64,000 nt of DNA from Acidimicrobiia bacterium (GTDB taxonomy: Bacteria > Actinomycetota > Acidimicrobiia > Spongiisociales > ZC4RG35). Within the stretch, counting starts at the first letter, position 1; each line of letters starts with the position of its first letter. Of the stretch, positions 62,887-64,000 are shown piece after piece. Under the pieces are notes generated by a model, which saw only the letters and a list, made by a program, of their open reading frames with translations, ran no database searches and was not told where the DNA came from. The position numbers and the translations under genes are program-made. The stretch lies in NCBI GenBank assembly GCA_040905905.1, contig JBBDQN010000057.1:165-64164 (forward strand), written 5' to 3'.

Positions 62887-64000
62887 ATGCGACGGCTCTC
62901 CCTTGTATTCATTCTCTTCGCCGCGTGCTCGGCCGAACCGACGCGGCCCATCACCACACCCCCGGCTGCCACGTCCTCGACCACTCCTACGACGCAGGCG
63001 ACCACGACGACCGCAGTACCTTTCCTGGCAGGGGCGACCCAGGCTTGGGCCTCAGCAGTGGCCAACGTTTACGGTCCGGCTTGTGGAGGCGATCGCAGCC
63101 TTTTGCCGATCGAGTTGGCGGCCTTGGCCGCACCCGCAACGTGCCCGACCGGCGGAACTACCACGTTCGCCGATGTGCCGGGCGCCGTTCTCGCCGTGGC
63201 AGCCTTCGGTGAAGACCTTGTCTTTGGGGCCGACCAAGGCGCCGGATACGAAATCGTCGCGGTGAGACTGCCCTCGTTGGGCAACACGGATGGGTGGTAC
63301 GGAGCCGTTCCAAAGATCATCGCCGTGGTCGGAGCAGACGCCCGCCCTGGCGAGGACCCTGCCGTCACCCGAGGCGACAGCCTCCACCTCTTGGCCCTAA
63401 ACGGAGCCGGAGCCGGTGGCCTCGTCGGCATTCCCCGCGACTCGTGGGTGCCTATTGGTGGCGGGGGCGCCAACAAGATCAACTCCGCCCTATCCCAGGG
63501 CGGTCCCGACCTCATGATGAACACTCTCACCTCGGTAACGGGGCTAGCTATTGGTGGATATGCCCTCACAGGTTTCGAGGGGTTTCAGCAATTGTGGGGC
63601 AACATTCTCGGCGGGGCAGAGGTGGACGTCCCTATCCGCATCGCCGATGCGGCAGCCGGGGCCGACTTCCAACCCGGGCGCCAGTACCTCAATGGACCGC
63701 AAGCCCTCAGCTTTAGCCGGGCTCGCAAGGCTTTGGCAGGAGGAGACCTCACGCGTCAGTTTCACGGCGGTCTCGTTCTGATCGGCGGACTCCAACGGGC
63801 CCAGTCTTTGGGACCGCTCGGTTTACCGGGTTTGATGGCTGCCAGTGAACCCTGGATCAGGACAAACATCCGATGGGGTGACCTTCTATCGCTAGCGGCC
63901 CTGGCACTGGCCACGCCCACCGAACAGATCGGGAACGTTGTGGTTCCAGCCCGGGTTGGCACCGTTGGCTCAGCCTCGGTGGTCTTCCTGACCGACGGAG
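62887..64000 (+). CDS. LytR-CpsA-Psr (LCP) family cell-envelope phosphotransferase, a lipoprotein. The C-terminus lies outside the window (partial).
   Basis: Hand translation; absent from the ORF track because no stop lies in the window. MRRLSLVFILFAACS lipobox with a Thr-rich linker. LCP core RGDSLHLLALNG...GIPRDSWVPIGGGGANKINSA...GGYALTGFEGFQQLWGNILGGAEVDVP...LNGPQALSFSRAR. Confidence 0.75.
   Translation, partial: MRRLSLVFILFAACSAEPTRPITTPPAATSSTTPTTQATTTTAVPFLAGATQAWASAVANVYGPACGGDRSLLPIELAALAAPATCPTGGTTTFADVPGAVLAVAAFGEDLVFGADQGAGYEIVAVRLPSLGNTDGWYGAVPKIIAVVGADARPGEDPAVTRGDSLHLLALNGAGAGGLVGIPRDSWVPIGGGGANKINSALSQGGPDLMMNTLTSVTGLAIGGYALTGFEGFQQLWGNILGGAEVDVPIRIADAAAGADFQPGRQYLNGPQALSFSRARKALAGGDLTRQFHGGLVLIGGLQRAQSLGPLGLPGLMAASEPWIRTNIRWGDLLSLAALALATPTEQIGNVVVPARVGTVGSASVVFLTDG

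Overview
This is a densely coding, high-GC (roughly 63-65% by eye) chromosomal segment of Actinomycetota-like character. The evidence for that is lipoproteins with Thr/Ala-rich linkers, ROK regulators, a REP13E12-like DUF222-HNH gene, and a MoxR/DUF58 module. No CRISPR array, transposase or rRNA gene was seen. In order along the window: (1) a peptide/nickel ABC transporter operon oppA-B-C-D-F on the minus strand, 1-5761, with ATGA start/stop overlaps. (2) An NmrA-like reductase, a phosphoribosyltransferase, an O-antigen-ligase (Wzy_C)-TPR membrane protein, and a BNR/Asp-box repeat protein. (3) A minus-strand amino-sugar utilisation operon, 10616-19198: ROK regulator, ROK sugar kinase, SBP, two permeases, a GH3 NagZ-like hexosaminidase, a SIS-domain isomerase/deaminase-like protein, and a small tandem-HTH protein. 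(4) A VanY-like D,D-carboxypeptidase, a DmpA/S58 aminopeptidase, a DAO-family FAD oxidoreductase, and an L/F-tRNA-protein transferase. (5) A signalling cluster, 23198-27773: tandem USP, a REC protein with a degenerate DHp domain (His->Asn), a hybrid PAS histidine kinase, and a REC-HD-GYP phosphodiesterase. (6) A small lower-GC islet around a tRNA-Met(CAT): a secreted small protein, a YceH/DUF480 gene whose ATG overlaps the tRNA CCA end, a DUF222-HNH endonuclease, a lipoprotein, and a hypothetical protein. (7) An amidohydrolase. (8) The conserved MoxR / DUF58 / DUF4350 / DUF4129 / membrane-protein operon, with a divergent RDD and SpoIIM-like gene pair. (9) A plus-strand operon, 39786-48384: GABA/putrescine-type aminotransferase, semialdehyde dehydrogenase, C45 Ntn-hydrolase, GNAT, and a PotDABC-like polyamine importer. 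(10) A DUF4349-like lipoprotein, then a DUF559/AbiEi-like gene precisely bracketed by a 60-bp direct repeat, then agmatinase. (11) A polytopic membrane protein with two CXXCH motifs, next to a membrane GAF-PP2C phosphatase. (12) A metabolic cluster, 54970-62829: ALDH, class-III aminotransferase, DAO-FAD oxidase, a DAP-decarboxylase-like PLP enzyme, GNAT, and a ThDP enzyme. (13) A partial LCP-family lipoprotein running off the window end. Many long ORFs in the six-frame track are antisense shadow ORFs or N-terminal over-extensions typical of high-GC DNA. They were trimmed using RBS positions, ATGA overlaps and homologue N-termini.
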